Shown in pieces: positions 23,001 through 36,800 of a stretch of 64,000 nt of DNA; position 1 is the first letter of the stretch, and each line of letters opens with the position of its first letter. Position numbers and translations under genes: made by a program. The stretch is from Takakia lepidozioides. Taxonomy: Eukaryota; Plantae; Bryophyta. Below the pieces are notes generated by a model, which saw only the letters and a program-made list of their open reading frames with translations, ran no database searches and was not told where the DNA came from. The stretch covers positions 77,686,001 to 77,750,000 of the forward strand of contig CM060731.1 in the NCBI GenBank assembly GCA_030704615.1, in the 5' to 3' direction.

Positions 23001-25481
23001 CTACAATGCGAGTGAACTGGGAGACACCGATGGAGCCCAAACAAAGAACTCACACTGGCCACCACCTGTAATGGTCCACTTACCACAAGAAAAAAATTGC
23101 CGTCCCTGTGAAGGGCCAGGCTTTTTGACTAGTCGCTTTCTGCTTTGCACCCCACAGAAGCATAGTCCAACATTCTCAGTGGGAGCCCTCAGTCCAACTT
23201 GGGAACTCACATTCTCAGTACCAAGGCCACATGGAACACTTCTGGGGTTTTTCAATTTTGGTAGATAAAGCTTCGATCCATCAGCAGCGTAGATTTTGAA
23301 GCAATTAGTCACTTGTAGGCTGACTCCTTGTTTCACTAATTCAAGAGCAAGAAAAGCTGTGTTTCTGGCATCATCCAATCCACAGTGTTGCCGGCCTTCC
23401 CACTGACAACCAGCCAGCTCAACAGCCCCTTTCAGATTTGTTTTTATATCTCCATACATTTTCCGGAATGGGACCTTCAAATTCACCCACCTGCACCAAT
23501 CAACATCAAACATGAGCCTTTCTCACCAGAAAAGGTTGCTTTGGAAGTTTACTGCTAGAAATGTTTTACTGACAGAGCCCATTGCGAGTTGTGGTGACAT
23601 CTAGGATTGTAGAATGTCAGAGAAAGCAGGCATTGGGGGCCATCGACACAGCTCCCCCAGATGGATCATGACCCAGATTTCCGCACCTGTTGAAGTAGGG
23701 GGGCTTTTGCAAGCCTTTCCACTTGCACTCGGACTCCAGCATTACCTTGCAATCCCAATCTGACCATGTTACCACTACGAACTGCTTGTTCTTCACGCCC
23801 TGCTCTCCCAACCATGCATCATGCATGGCCAGAGCCTTCCCAAGTGGTACACCCCCATCAATCTATATTTAGCCATGTAAGTAAAGTCAGTTCAGCTGAT
23901 GGTCACAGTCCTCAAAGCAGTACAATGCCGTTGAAATCTTTCCTGTAAAATCCCCGTCACATAGTCTGTGACACATCCTTCCAAACATGTGTTTATGGGA
24001 CTTGATGACGGAATACAATAGGCAAGTGTACAAACGAGTGGTCTTTGCATGATAGTGGCCTTTTTGAAGCATAACAAAAATGCTGCTGAATGAAGCACCT
24101 ACAACCCCAGCATGTTATATTGTGTACCTTGTAGTGAGATGATGCTGGCAAGAGCAGATGCAAGTCCTAGTAACTCCTGATCATGTTACAACAAACAATG
24201 GCCACGTACACTGCCAGCGGGGAAACACACATCCTGGTTCTTTACCTAGGGACTTGGATACCCCCCTGGTACTCGAATTTGCAAGCCAATGGGACCCTAG
24301 TTAGTGGACCACAGCGTATGATCTCCATAATGGCCAATGTGGATTTGACCACCTACAGCTTGGGAGAGCACTCTAATCTCTGGGCTACCTGTTTGTGACA
24401 TCTCAGACACCCTCTCTGGTCTTCACAACATGGCTGACTACTCTGTGGTCAAAAAATTGACAACTATAAGCCAGACATTGAGGAGAGGGAAAGTGGGAAA
24501 GCATCACCTACAAGAGCTTATGGGACAAGAAGCACAAGTAACCAAACAAAGAACTAGAAGATTGCATCTAAATCACTGCACAAAGATGAAGATGGAACGT
24601 CTCACAAAGGTAAGATGCCAAGCAATTCAGGTCTTAAAACTACATGAGACCAAGAAAAGGAAGGAGAGAAATTTACTGAGTATGCGGGAGGCAAAGGGTC
24701 CAAGAAGGCTGACCCAAAGCAATGGAGCACCAGGAAACAGGAAAAGGCTAACCTGGGACTGCTGAATGCCCGTCAGCCGCTTGCAGAAATTGGTCAGCTG
24801 CGGATGGCAAATGGGCTTCACATATGTGCGAAAGCTTCCTTCCAATTTGCATGAATTAAGGTTGACCAACACAGAGGGAAACTCAATGATCTCTTGAGGG
24901 TGCAGCGCAGTAATACTGTCACAAGTCGCCTCAAAATCAATGACCACCAAGTAGTCAAATGGGGGGGGCGATTTACTCGCGCCAAAACGAGAGGACAAAG
25001 TTGGCTGTATTTGTTTTAGAACAGGCTCGCTAGGATGCCTGCTCCCGCAATTTCCTGGGATGCGCTGGAAATCTTTTTGAATACTTTGTAGTATTTTGGA
25101 AGGTGAGCATTCCTGCCTCTCACTTGACAATAAATTAAGTGGGTTCCCCACTGGAAGCAGTGAAGGCTTATCATTTGCTTTAAAGTGAGTAGAGCTTGCA
25201 AGACTTGTAGCAATGGCAGTTACTTCTCCAGGCGACCGTGAGCTAAAACACTCTCCCTCTTCCATCTGTTCCAGGTCATGGTAACGTGGTAATACCGGTG
25301 GCTCAGGGCGTGGGTTGGTCTTCACATTGGAAGTCACCTGCCAGTTATCTCGTTCAAAAGAGTCCCGAGTAATCCTCCCTTGAACTTGCAGACAACAGCT
25401 CTGGTTGCCTTCTGACGGGGTGGTTTTTTGAGACTGCCGGGCAAGGAGGCGGCAAAGAGCAACCTCTCGGTTCCTCTGCAT
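23001..25481 (-). CDS. ERI1/ERI2-family DEDDh 3'-5' exoribonuclease with C-terminal GRF zinc finger; exons 25481-24753, 23862-23687, 23490-23001
   Basis: ExoI VVIDFEATC, EIIEFPSV; ExoII VTWSDWD; ExoIII HCGLDDA; zf-GRF CFCG...GPSQGRQFFSC...CEFFVW. The start codon is uncertain. Confidence 0.88.
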
Positions 25482-27662
25482 TCGTTCTGCAATAATCCGA
25501 CGGCAACATACCTAATCAGCACTCAATTCTGGGTTCCCTCTTCTTTTCACGTCCCTTTCTTTTGCTTCTTGAATGCAGCACATAACAACTTTGGACCAAA
25601 AACACTTGAATCAAAGGCCTATCGTACACAACCACACACACACAAACGCTTTTTCAGTTGAAAAATGAAATCGGGCACGGGATACCGATGGCAAATGCTC
25701 AGTGGCTTAAACGGTGCAGTCAGATCCCCTTCCCCCCTCTCTCCAACTAAACCCCATGTTAGCACCCATGAAGCGTCTCCTTCTGCTCAACGTGACTGGT
25801 GAAGTCTAGAAATCCTACCTCTTTGAGAATCATCCATCGTATTCTCCCCAAAAAGCTTGCAATCACGTCTTCAACTGGCACCCCCACCACCAGAACTTCG
25901 TCAACAACTCCATTTTCCTGCTCACCTCCACCATCTCGCCCCCACATTCAGGCCTCTCCTCATCTTCATCTCCATCTCTCGAAGAAACTGTGTTCGGGAC
26001 ACCACCTTCACAAGGAGGAAGACGAGGAAGACTGCACACTGTAGTATCCATCGGTTCGATTACATAACCGAAGGATCTCCAGATGGACTCTTGCACCAGC
26101 GGGTAAACCGTCGCTTGGATGACTCTCGTTCACGAAGAGCCGCCGACGAATGAACAATAATATCAATTTTCCGCGCGAGCTATACATAACGGAAGGAAAC
26201 GAACATCTCCGACACCTAACGGAAGAATCGTATTGCGATCTACAGCGCCGTATATATCCTCCTTTCCGTACGCCACCTTTGTTTTCCGACTGCAATGTGA
26301 CTGTGCCAGGGGGGCGCGCGGAGGATGTGGCTATCCATCCGACCTCATCCAAGCCCGGGCCATCATGCAGAATAAGTGCGGATGTGGATGAGATGAGGCG
26401 CCAAGATGGATGACAATAAGTAGTGAGGATGAGTAGAGAGAGAGAGAGGGAGGGGGATGGGTCGTGAGGAGCGTGGTCCTTCGAGAGCATTTGAGTGCAG
26501 GCTTTCGCGCGCTGCTCTTCATCTTCCTCCACATCCTTTCACGATCAATCCGTCTCCTTCTGCACACAGATTGTACACGGGATGCTTTGAGATGGGCGGG
26601 AGGAAGTGTGCGTTCTTACAGCTGTTGGGAGGAGGCTTAGCAAAAGCTGTGGATGATTTAGTGTAGGAAATACTGTTTTGGTGTTTGATGGTGTGCGATA
26701 TTGTGAGAGAGAGAGAGAGAGAGATAGAGAGAGGAAGAGGTTTGGTTTGGTAGCTTATGGTTGTGGAGGTGGGACGGCAGAGATGGAGGGGAGCAGATTT
26801 GGGTTCTTGATACCGACAGCTGGAGAGATTTAGTGAGGGGCAGAAGGGATTCGGCACTAGTTTGTGTTCCGTTTCTGTAGAGGCAGACGGTGCGAGAAAG
26901 AGGGGGGAGAAATGAGGCTTGTATCTTAGGTTGTGATGGGGTGAGAGAGAGACGCATCCAGCTGTAGATAATTAGCAGGCATTTCTTCGTCGGTATCTGG
27001 CTGGGCTTCATCATCTGGCCTTGTCGGGTATGCGCGCCGTGTCTCGGTTTGTGGATGTGTCATGCGGAGATACAGGCAGCTGAAGCGATTTGCTTACAGT
27101 TTTTACGGCCGAGCTTCTTGTTTACAATCCAGCCTCAATCCTTCCTTCTTTTACACTCGGATGGTGCGGGGCAAGCAGAAAGAAGCTTCATATCTTAGCC
27201 TGTGGTTGGGTGATGCAGACACACACAGAGCTAAGGAGATTTAGTGGCACTTGGTTTCTTCCTCGCAATCCAGCTTTACTCCTTCCTCGTTTTGCACCCA
27301 GATTGTGATGGACTGGAAAGAACCAATGTCATTTCTCAGGTTATGGGACTGTAGCGCAGTGCCAGACAGCTAAAGAAGTTTATCCACACTCGCCCCGATG
27401 GAGTTTCGTCTTCCCACGGTCCAGCTTTAATCCTTGCTCGTTGTGCTCAAAGATTTGTAGAATTTCTCAGAAACATTGAGATCATAGCAACGTTTTTGGA
27501 GCTGGAATGTGAGAGAGACAGACACCCCAATAGCTTGTTAGAACTAGGCTTGATTCTTAGGTTTGGATATCGAGGTAGAGGGAGAGAAGTAGACGGACAA
27601 ACACTCAGAAGCAAGCATTCGGAGACAGTCGGAGACACGTACAGGGGTGACCAATTATAATT

Positions 27663-30600
27663 ATGACTTCCAGCAAGGCGAAACGCAAAGGAAAAGTCAT
27701 GGAACGGCATGCGGGGAGATTTGCAGGCCCTGCAGTGCTACCTGCCAATGATGCCGCTCTCATCAAAGACCAGCGGAGCCAATTCGGCGGTGGTCGTGGA
27801 GTACCCGGTTTTGCATCAACAGAGAGTCTTGGTACTGTGCAGTTTATGATTGGGGAGATGTCGATAAGCATCAATACTTCATCATCGTCACCAAGTTCGA
27901 CACGGGCAATTAGTGAAAGTGAGACGCCTGTTGTTGTTACTCAACCCCTGGCTGTTCCTGGCAGTCTCGTGGAAAGAGGGAAGGTCGATGCCAATCGGGA
28001 GCAGGTATGTAAACGGTCTGGGACTGTAAGCAGTGGCAACAGAAAAGTGGCTCAGACTCGTATTCTGAGTTCGGTGGCGGGGATCATCAAGGATGGTGAT
28101 TCTGCTGGGAAGTTGGAAAGCCCTGGCAGCCGGAAGTCGCATGGAATTGAAGAACCGAAAATAACTGGGCAAGTGGGAGCACAGTATCGAGGTGAGATTC
28201 ATTCAACATAATCACGCCTTGTTGTTTCTTTGCATCAGCGTCGTCGGCATTGGAACGATGGGGCGCAGCCCTCTCTCAGACAGAAAGTAATTAGTGAGGG
28301 CATCAATGTTTGTTATGAGTTTTTCCTATCTGATGTCACTTGAATCAACGATGAACATGCTGGGCATAAAGCAGCACAAAATTATGTGATATGCTGGGTG
28401 CAAGAGGACTTGTAAGTTAGAGGACACTGTGGCCTGAGAGATGAGAAGGAAAGTCACTGGCCAGGTTCTGGCATGACAGGGACACCTGGGAAGGGATTGC
28501 AAGTAGTCTAAGCTGAAGTCTTGTCAAAATCTGAAAGTGGCCCTGGGAGCAAAGTCTGGGTTCAGGGTTTAATGTCAAGAGTGAGCTGTCTCAAAGCCAT
28601 AATGTGGACAATCCTTTGGTACCATGGGTCTTCTATGCAGCTGTTGTTGATATGGAATTTTCTCAACCATTCTATCTGCTGATTCTATCTATCCTTTCTT
28701 AAGAACAAGTGGGGCTGAACAGTTATAGATTCTTGGTGTAGTTAGCTTCAGTAAGAAAATAAAAGCAGTGATGTATATGTCAGGCATTCAGTGCATGGTT
28801 TCAAATACTTTTTTCTGGATTATTTTTCTCTTGAGGCTCCAGGTTGTCCTTGACACATTGTCTGTGATAGCAGTGCAGTGCATGCTGTTGAATCCTTTGT
28901 GGCCTTGAGAACTTGCACTGGTGCTTACCAATGTGTTATGGCATGGGCAGACGAGCATTCATCAAGTGGAATTTTGAACTGCCCTCTTTGCTGGAGATGT
29001 ATGGAGACAGAGGCCTCCAGTCACAACACATATGAAACTGAAGTGTGCAGACATAGATTTTGTAAAGAATGCTTTTCAAACCTTATCAAAGGAATAATGT
29101 TGAGAGCACCATCTGAGTCAACAAGCATGGAAGACATGCGTTGTCCAGTTCCCAAGTAAGCTACTCTTTGCATGGCCTTTCGATTCAATCCAGATGCACT
29201 GCCGCATTTGCTGACAGTTTTGGAAGACCCAACTTAATTTTCTCTAGGGTCTGCTCATGTACTGGTTGTGCTTGGCAATGGGAAAGCGAGTCTGAAAACC
29301 CTAATCACTTAGCCGAAGGTCAAGGAAGCCTTTTGACTTTCAGTGAGGAGCTTGCACAGGCATGGAAGGTCAGCTGGGAAGGAAGATGTTATCTATGTTA
29401 ATCAACAAGGTCCTTCCTCCTTATTGAGAATTGAGACGGTATCATACACTTTTTTGAGTGCAGGTGTGGGGAACACTTTTCCCGCATGGATATCCAGCAA
29501 TCTGTTGGTGAACCTGGCCTCCTCCACTACGAGACCTGGCTACTTGCCTCCTTTTCTCGTGTTTTTGAGGCATCCTGGAAGAAAGTTTGTCCACGATGCA
29601 GTACCCAGGACTATCAGGCCTCTCTCGTCCGTGCATCAGACTTGAAGTATCTTGGCCTAGCTGAAGGTATTGGATTTCTGTTTGCAGATGGTATAATTGC
29701 TAATATGGCATGAGATGCTGGGTACTCGTGCTTTTCCCTAACAGTCGATTGGATTTGACTTCTCACATATTCCATGTGACTTTTTGGAGGACACAAACCC
29801 TTGATATTGTTTGTCATTCATGGGGTTACTTTGGAATGAGTAGGACTAGGATTGATTGCCTGTTTTCTCCAATCTGGGCCTAGAGGCACTTTTGCTTGTT
29901 CCACAACTACCTTTATGTTGTCTATCAATCTTTTTTCGTGTTGCAACCAATATTTCTGTACAGGCTGAACAATCTCATCCACTGGTGTTGCAGTTTACAG
30001 AGCAATGGAAGCTCGGGGCCTCCCTGTCAGTGGACGATCAAAGGAACAGGGGTTGCATGATTTGGAAATGGTGACAGGATCGCTGGTTACAACCCCCTGG
30101 CGCCTGATGTGTCTTACATGTGATTGTGTCCAGTGTGACACCTGTGGACTCCAGGTGCAACGTCAAAGCCATGCGTCTGCAAGATTCTCTTCTGCACATG
30201 TAACACTCGACGATTTTGGAATTGTTTTGCAAGGGAAGGAGATTAGAACCATAGAGGCTGGTACTGCTGTGGTGAGTGTGAAGCCAGAGGAGGAAGAGAC
30301 GCATCAGTCAGAGTGCAAGGGCCCCGAGACTTTCTCAAAAGCTGAGACATCTCACAAACAATGTGAGTCTTGGAGAAAGCAATGCTTTTCTGTGTTTTGT
30401 GCTGCGATGGAGATTGAAATGGCCCACAGGGGTGTTGTGCAGTTGCCTGTGTGGTCACCATCTACTGGTGTCAATGGAAGCACATCTGGGGAAGATCCCG
30501 GGTTGTGGCACTCTGGCAGTGCCAAGGTCCACCCTAAGCAAGCAGCAGTTTGGCCAGAGGATGCCGGGAAGCTGGATGTGCATCCACAGTCAAGAGGTGC

Positions 30601-32221
30601 TATGGTTAGATCTGCTTATAATCCCTGCCCCACATCTCCATCACGATCGTCTTACAGTGCCCCCTTGGTCCAGCACTCTTTGTTATTACCACCACAGCTG
30701 TCCAGTGTGTCCCACCAAGGTGTTACCACAGCTCTTACACTGGGTCATGAGTCTCAGGCTGTGATGCTGATGCCAAAATTGTTGGTGAGTTGCACCAATC
30801 AGGCTACAGGACCAAGTGCCTCCCCAAGCCCAGGTAAGGACATGCTGAGATTATTGCTCCCTTCTGTCAAGCCTGTGGACCATATGGAGACCATACCTTC
30901 TCCACATCAGCTTGGTGCAAGAGACCACAACATTGTTGTGTTGGGGCCACCACCTCTGACACTTGGATCTGGGGTGGACTCAAGAATGCTGACACAGGAA
31001 TCCCTGGCCTTGGGACCTGGGACTCTGCGTGTGTGGGATACACTGATGGATATTCCACCATCAATCCCTCTAAACCCACATCCTCTGCATGGTACGACAT
31101 ATGCAAGTATGGGAGTTGTAGGACCAAACTCAAAAGAATACTGGAGCCATAAAGCTGAAAGCTGGAATAAAGCAAGCGAGTACTGGAGTAGAGAAGCAGA
31201 CAGGTTCGCCGCAGCCTCCAACTGGTGGGATTTAGAATGCAAGGCTTGGGCTGGCAAATCAGAGGACATGGCACGTCTAGCAAGTTTCCGAGCGCAGTTG
31301 GAAGCACATTTTGCTCATTCGGCAGAGCGGGCTATGACCTTGAACAAGCTTTGGGCGTCACAAATTCAAGAATGGTCTCTATCGGCTGGAAGTTTGGCTG
31401 GATGTGGTGTCCACAGGACCCATCATTCAGAGCTTTTGACTAATATGGAACCCGGCAGCAACATTCCTGCTGCAAGCCCATCAGCTCTTCAGGTCTTGAA
31501 TCTGAGAAGTAGCTCTGATGGTGATGAATATTCTGATTCAATGGGTGCAGAGACAGAATGGAGAATGCCAGTGGAAGGCGAGAATGATTTGTGGTCGACC
31601 TCATCTGTTGCTTCTTTCACACACACCTCCTCTGCTTCTCCCCCAGATACCAGGGTTTCATCTCCATCTAGTTTGGACTGCCCTGGCTTGCATCCAGTGC
31701 TATGCGATCAATCAAAGGCTGTGTCCAGGGAAAAGCTCTGTGATGAACAGATGGTCAATGCTTTTTGGGATTTGACTAACATTTTAGAGGTGAATGCAGC
31801 ACTCAGTGTCAGTCTACCGGCTCCTGCTGTCTCTTTTCTCTGGGGTTTCAAGCCTCTCCGTGAGGTGCTAAGCTGGCTTCTTCAGAATGATTGTCTGTCA
31901 GACATCATGGCACGCCAATCCCTGTACTCCGAGCTCTTCTTTCTCTTGTGTGCAATAAGTGCTCACAACGACATCCTACCTATTCTTTGTATGCCAATCT
32001 CCAGCCCTAGTGTGGGGAAGTCTGGCAACTCCAGAAGGAAGGGTTCTCTTTTTGAAGCCTTCAAAAATCTCCACCTGCAAGCAGAGAACATGCTCTCTGG
32101 GGCTCTGACCACAGTGGAGGATGACCATGAGGCAACGCAGAAGAATGTGAACCTGATAGGTGATATGGAAGATGCTTTTGATGTTTTGCAAGCCCGGTTG
32201 GAGTCTGCATGCGTAGGATAA
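27663..32221 (+). CDS. Uncharacterised ~1078-aa protein with RING-type finger, IBR-like Cys cluster, Trp-heptad segment and BIRC6-like helical C-terminus; exons 27663-28191, 28879-29155, 29464-29666, 29994-32221
   Basis: Phase-compatible GT-AG splicing joins CPLC...CRHRFCKEC...CPVPKC (C3HC4-like), CPRC...CLTCDCVQCDTC and the 738-aa ORF. Exon 1 and the exon-2 acceptor (28879 or 28951) are less certain. Confidence 0.65.
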
Positions 32222-33837
32222 GACACGGCCTGGACGTTTGACCTTAGCGCTTTTCTAACTGAAGGTATGTTAATATCTATTTTTCTCTTGCCTCTTTACA
32301 ACTCTTTGACCCCCGTCACTCTTCATTACAAAGTTATCTTGCTGTCTTTCCTCTCAAAAACATTTTCTTCTACTGTCTGTCTCAGGGAGGCTGGCTGAGT
32401 CCATGATGGCACTTGACCTGTTACGATGTATCCCTCTCACTGTTCTAATTGTACCAGGGTTACATCTAACAATTGCCTGGAACAAACTTTGAATGCAGAT
32501 TGTTCCAAAAACCTACCACTGTTGAAGCTCCTGACCGTGGTAGCTGATATGGGCCTTGATGGGCACATGGGGAGAGTTCTTGGGTTGCGACACTCAATTG
32601 CTGACCTTATCCAAGATTGATGTCCAATTATGAAATGTAGTTACACCAATGGAGCAAAACACCTGCTAAGAGTTTAGTAAGGAAACTTGGACACGAGAGT
32701 GCTGCTTCACTTCCTGACCAGCCATCATGGAGCTCCTGCATTTCTTGCAGAAGAGGTCTGAGCACAAGGAGGGGGAGTTTTGAGTGATCCAGGTGATTTG
32801 TCCAGATATGGACCGAAAGATGTGGAATACATTCTGCAGGCTTTGAAGCCAAGTTCACTGTAGAACAGGATCAGATTTTGAGCAGTATGTCCTGGATGAG
32901 GTTTAAGCAAATTTGAAGATAGTCTGTCTCATTTCATGACACTTTCGAGTTAGCATTTGCTACTTCGCTATAGTGGCTAGTGGGTGATTCAAACACCTCA
33001 GTTTTGTGGTTAAAAGTATCCCTTAATGTGTTAGAGTTGAACGAACGTGTGTATACATTTTTACTGTATATTGAGAAGGCATGGATTTTACCCATGCATC
33101 CAACCAGAGCATTCTCTATGGGGGCGATCCAAGTATTCTGCCTTGTAATCTGTCTCTGTGATCTCCTTCAGCCTTCACGAATGTGTGTTCATACGAGAAG
33201 GGCTCTGGAGAAGTGACTCTCTTCTGGTCAGTCTTAATACCATCAAGAGCACACAACTGACTTGGAACACAGGAAACTTTCGAACTTGTATCTGTCTGCA
33301 TTTTTCAGCCCTGAATCCTTAACCCTATCACATGTGAAGGTGAGATTGCATGCAAGCTGAGCTTTCGGTAAGAGGTGAAATTTCTGTCCAAAGTGTTTTC
33401 CTGGGTTTGAGAATCCTGGGAGTCCAAGGGCAGAGAAAACACTTGACATGATCTGCCTTAGAAATATGGCTGTTTAAGGCATATTCAGCCAATGCCCTGC
33501 TTAAAAGCTGATATATGACATTCCATCATATTACTGCGGCAAAAACGGAAAATCCGTGGAATGGGGTTTTTCAGAGAGGGAGGTACTCCAAATTGACCAA
33601 GGAAATCTTCAGCCAGGTTTTTAAGACTATAATTGCATAAAACAAGCAGAGAAATTGTTCCAATCTTAAAGGCGACCGGCAGGTTTCCAATTTACCAGGT
33701 AGACCAAATGTGGGCCACAAACTGGATTTTTGAGATTGCAAATGCAGAGAAAGCGATTTCAACACTTATTGGAAGATACATATCTTACAGCAAACCAATG
33801 CAGCCATTGATGCTTTCTTGTAGGGATTATTGACAAC

Positions 33838-36800
33838 TCAAGGGAGTCTGGGGAATTTTGAGAAATCAGGGGGGCGGCCCTCTAAGAAAGCTGTTTTCCC
33901 CTCAATTGCCTCCTCTGAGTTGTAGAAGAGTAATGTTGCATTTCCAGCAAGCTCCTGCAAAACAGCACATACTATGAGTGGAAAAAAGGAGAGTGATACT
34001 TGATAGACCCTGGGGAGGCACATGACATGGACATTAGTTTCTTCTGTAACTGACATAAGGGCTTGACATATTCCAAGCCCTCTTTGAAACTGCTTGAGGG
34101 TATCATATGTAAGGGATGGTAACCCTTTGAGAGCCCATCTTCCTTTCACCCATGGTGTTAGCCTCTGGCCCCAATTGTCAAATGCTATTCCCACCTGCCA
34201 ACAGTCAGGTGAACGGGTTTGTTGGTGATGATTTGAGGGCTGCCATTGACATTGTAGTGGACAGCATAAAGATGTACTCACTGTGCACCTGTGGAAAATG
34301 GCTGTGAGGGCAGGGCAAAAGAGGCAGGCACACTTGCCTGAAGGCCGGCATGGCCATCTTCGACAGCATTGAGGGATGACTTGAGAAGCCGAATGGCCAT
34401 AGGGCTGTTGCGAAGCATCTCACGACACCAGACTACTGTTTCCTCCTCCAGCTTGTCAAGCTGCATTTACCCCAACCCTTGGTCACTTCAAGTCATCTCT
34501 TTGTCTCCTAAAAGCTCATGGCTTTACCTGGCCTTAACGATGAACTGCACGCCTTAAGCACCTCACCAACCAGAAAGATGTTCCACACAGATACAGCAAA
34601 CGGATGTTGAAAGGGAAGGCCAGTAGGCTAAAACATTATGGTTTGTTGGTTGCATCACAACTACCACAGAGGTCAATGTGGTTAGGTGGCCCAGCGCAGA
34701 TAAGTGAGACAGTGGATTGGCCCTAGGAAGAACTTGATAAGAAATGAAGGGTTTCATTTTCTGGCAGGATTGAGACTTCACAACTTCAATTGCTTCCTGA
34801 CAACCAGGCCAATCAGTTGGGAAACTAGCAAACTTTCTTCTGACCCTTAGGATTGGCTCCAAACAAGACGAAAATGTGAGGTCCTTACTGAAACTACGGT
34901 GTTGATGAGACCCATGTTGAGAGCTTCCTGGGCAGAATAAAAGCGAGCTAAGAACCACATTTCACGAGCCTTTTTCTGGCCAATCTGTCACCACCAAAAT
35001 CCAATGCAAACCAGTCAGAAGCCCCATTCAATCCATCTTTTACAGCTGTTACACCTTCAGTTCAAGAGTTTATCTACAAGGATGAAGTCACATGCCTCAA
35101 AAAAGATATGTGAACGGAATAAGCCTCATAAAAGACTTCTATCATCTGAATATGTACTGTATGAATGTATCTGCAATTGAGGATCACAAACTGTAGAGCT
35201 AAAAGATGCAGCCTTTCCATTACTTCCAAGGCAAGATGAATGGTGCCATTATAAACCCTTCTTTTGTACACACCTATCCAGACTCTACAAAAGAACAAAC
35301 CATACACTTCCAAACATTACAGTTTGTTTTGCAAAGGTTGAGCATTTATCAATCCTCCCATGAGAAAGTGGGTCATACCAAACGGGCCATCATGCTGCAA
35401 CCATAGCCAGCATCAAAGCTTCCGACCTGCCTCCACAATGGCCACATGACCAGAACATGATTAGCCTGTGAATGTATTCTTTTAGGATGACAAAGTTGGT
35501 GTGCAAAGACGAAAAACTCTACCAAGAACTTCTGTTCATAACAAAGGGCTGGTACAAAGTTCACATCAATGATGCAACTTCAGGAAGCTGGTCATGGTCA
35601 GTTTACCTTGGGTCCAGTTTGACCAAACACAGCATTGTCCGCAGCAATAGTAAGGTCACAAACCATGTGAAGTACATGCCCACCACCCACCGCATACCCT
35701 GCTACCTGCATTCTGAAAGCTTCCACTATTGCCAGGTGTCCTTGTACAAACTTCACTAATCAATTGCAGATCACTTCGTAGCAAATAGTACGTAGGCGAA
35801 TGTTATGAGTGCAAGTATTCAGTGTAGTCAGTCCCCCAAGAGGACCTTTATATCTTGAAATAAAGTATGTACATCCTCTCTACCTTCTTGATCTTCAATC
35901 ATCCATACTCAGAAACGTTGCTCCTTTGATCTAAGATTCTGACACCAAACCATAGGCAATGATAGGATGACCTAAATTTGACATAGGCAGAATATTTTTT
36001 GAAAGAGAGCTTCCAAGCCACTAGAGAACTCACAGGAGTGAGTTGGGATAGTGCCCTAGCAAAGTCCAAGACAGGAATTTCCCCTCTTGGCGAGTAGGCC
36101 CTCTAAAGAAAGACAGGCAGTACAATGATGAGTTCTACAACAAATTGCCAGCTAAGCTCACCATTGCAATGACTGGCTTCGGCAATCTCCGTATTTGTAT
36201 CTGCAGCAAACAAACATTTGTTCAACCCACAACTACACCCTTCAGAAGAATGCATCACAAGTGTCTGCAAAAGTCTCTATTGACACCCAAATGAGCATAA
36301 CTAATTCTTCTTTTAGTGGTTTGGATATCGAAAGGCCAAAACCACCCATGCATTCTCTTTCTTTGAACTGAAAGGTCCTGTACAGTTATTAACTAAGAAC
36401 CTTCTCCCCCCATAACTCTGCATCCCTCTATCCACAGAAGTTTGTACATGTATCGGAGCAATAAACCCTGTTTTTGGATGGGCAGAGAGTTTCCAAGTCA
36501 AGGCTTTCTGGGATAAATAAAGAAATAGGAGGGAAAAGAAGCAAAACCTGCACATCCAAAATATTGAGGCGCCCAACATTGTCAGAGCCTATATAACCAT
36601 GCTTCCCCCGAACACTCTGATCCCCTCCACTACAAAATGCCTCCGTCCCCTGCAGCTCCTGTGTTAGAAATGCTGGCATGCATCGGAACTGCACCTGTAT
36701 CTCTTAGAATTATAAATCTGTAATCTTTGATATATCACGCTGTCCTATAAGACCTGCTATTCATGCACATGACACACGGTCCATGGGGCTGATCGAGATT

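Noticed and set aside
25759-27014. Several 60-170-aa ORFs between the exonuclease and RING-like genes
   Set aside because: Low-complexity, microsatellite-containing divergent promoter/5'-UTR sequence with no recognisable domains.
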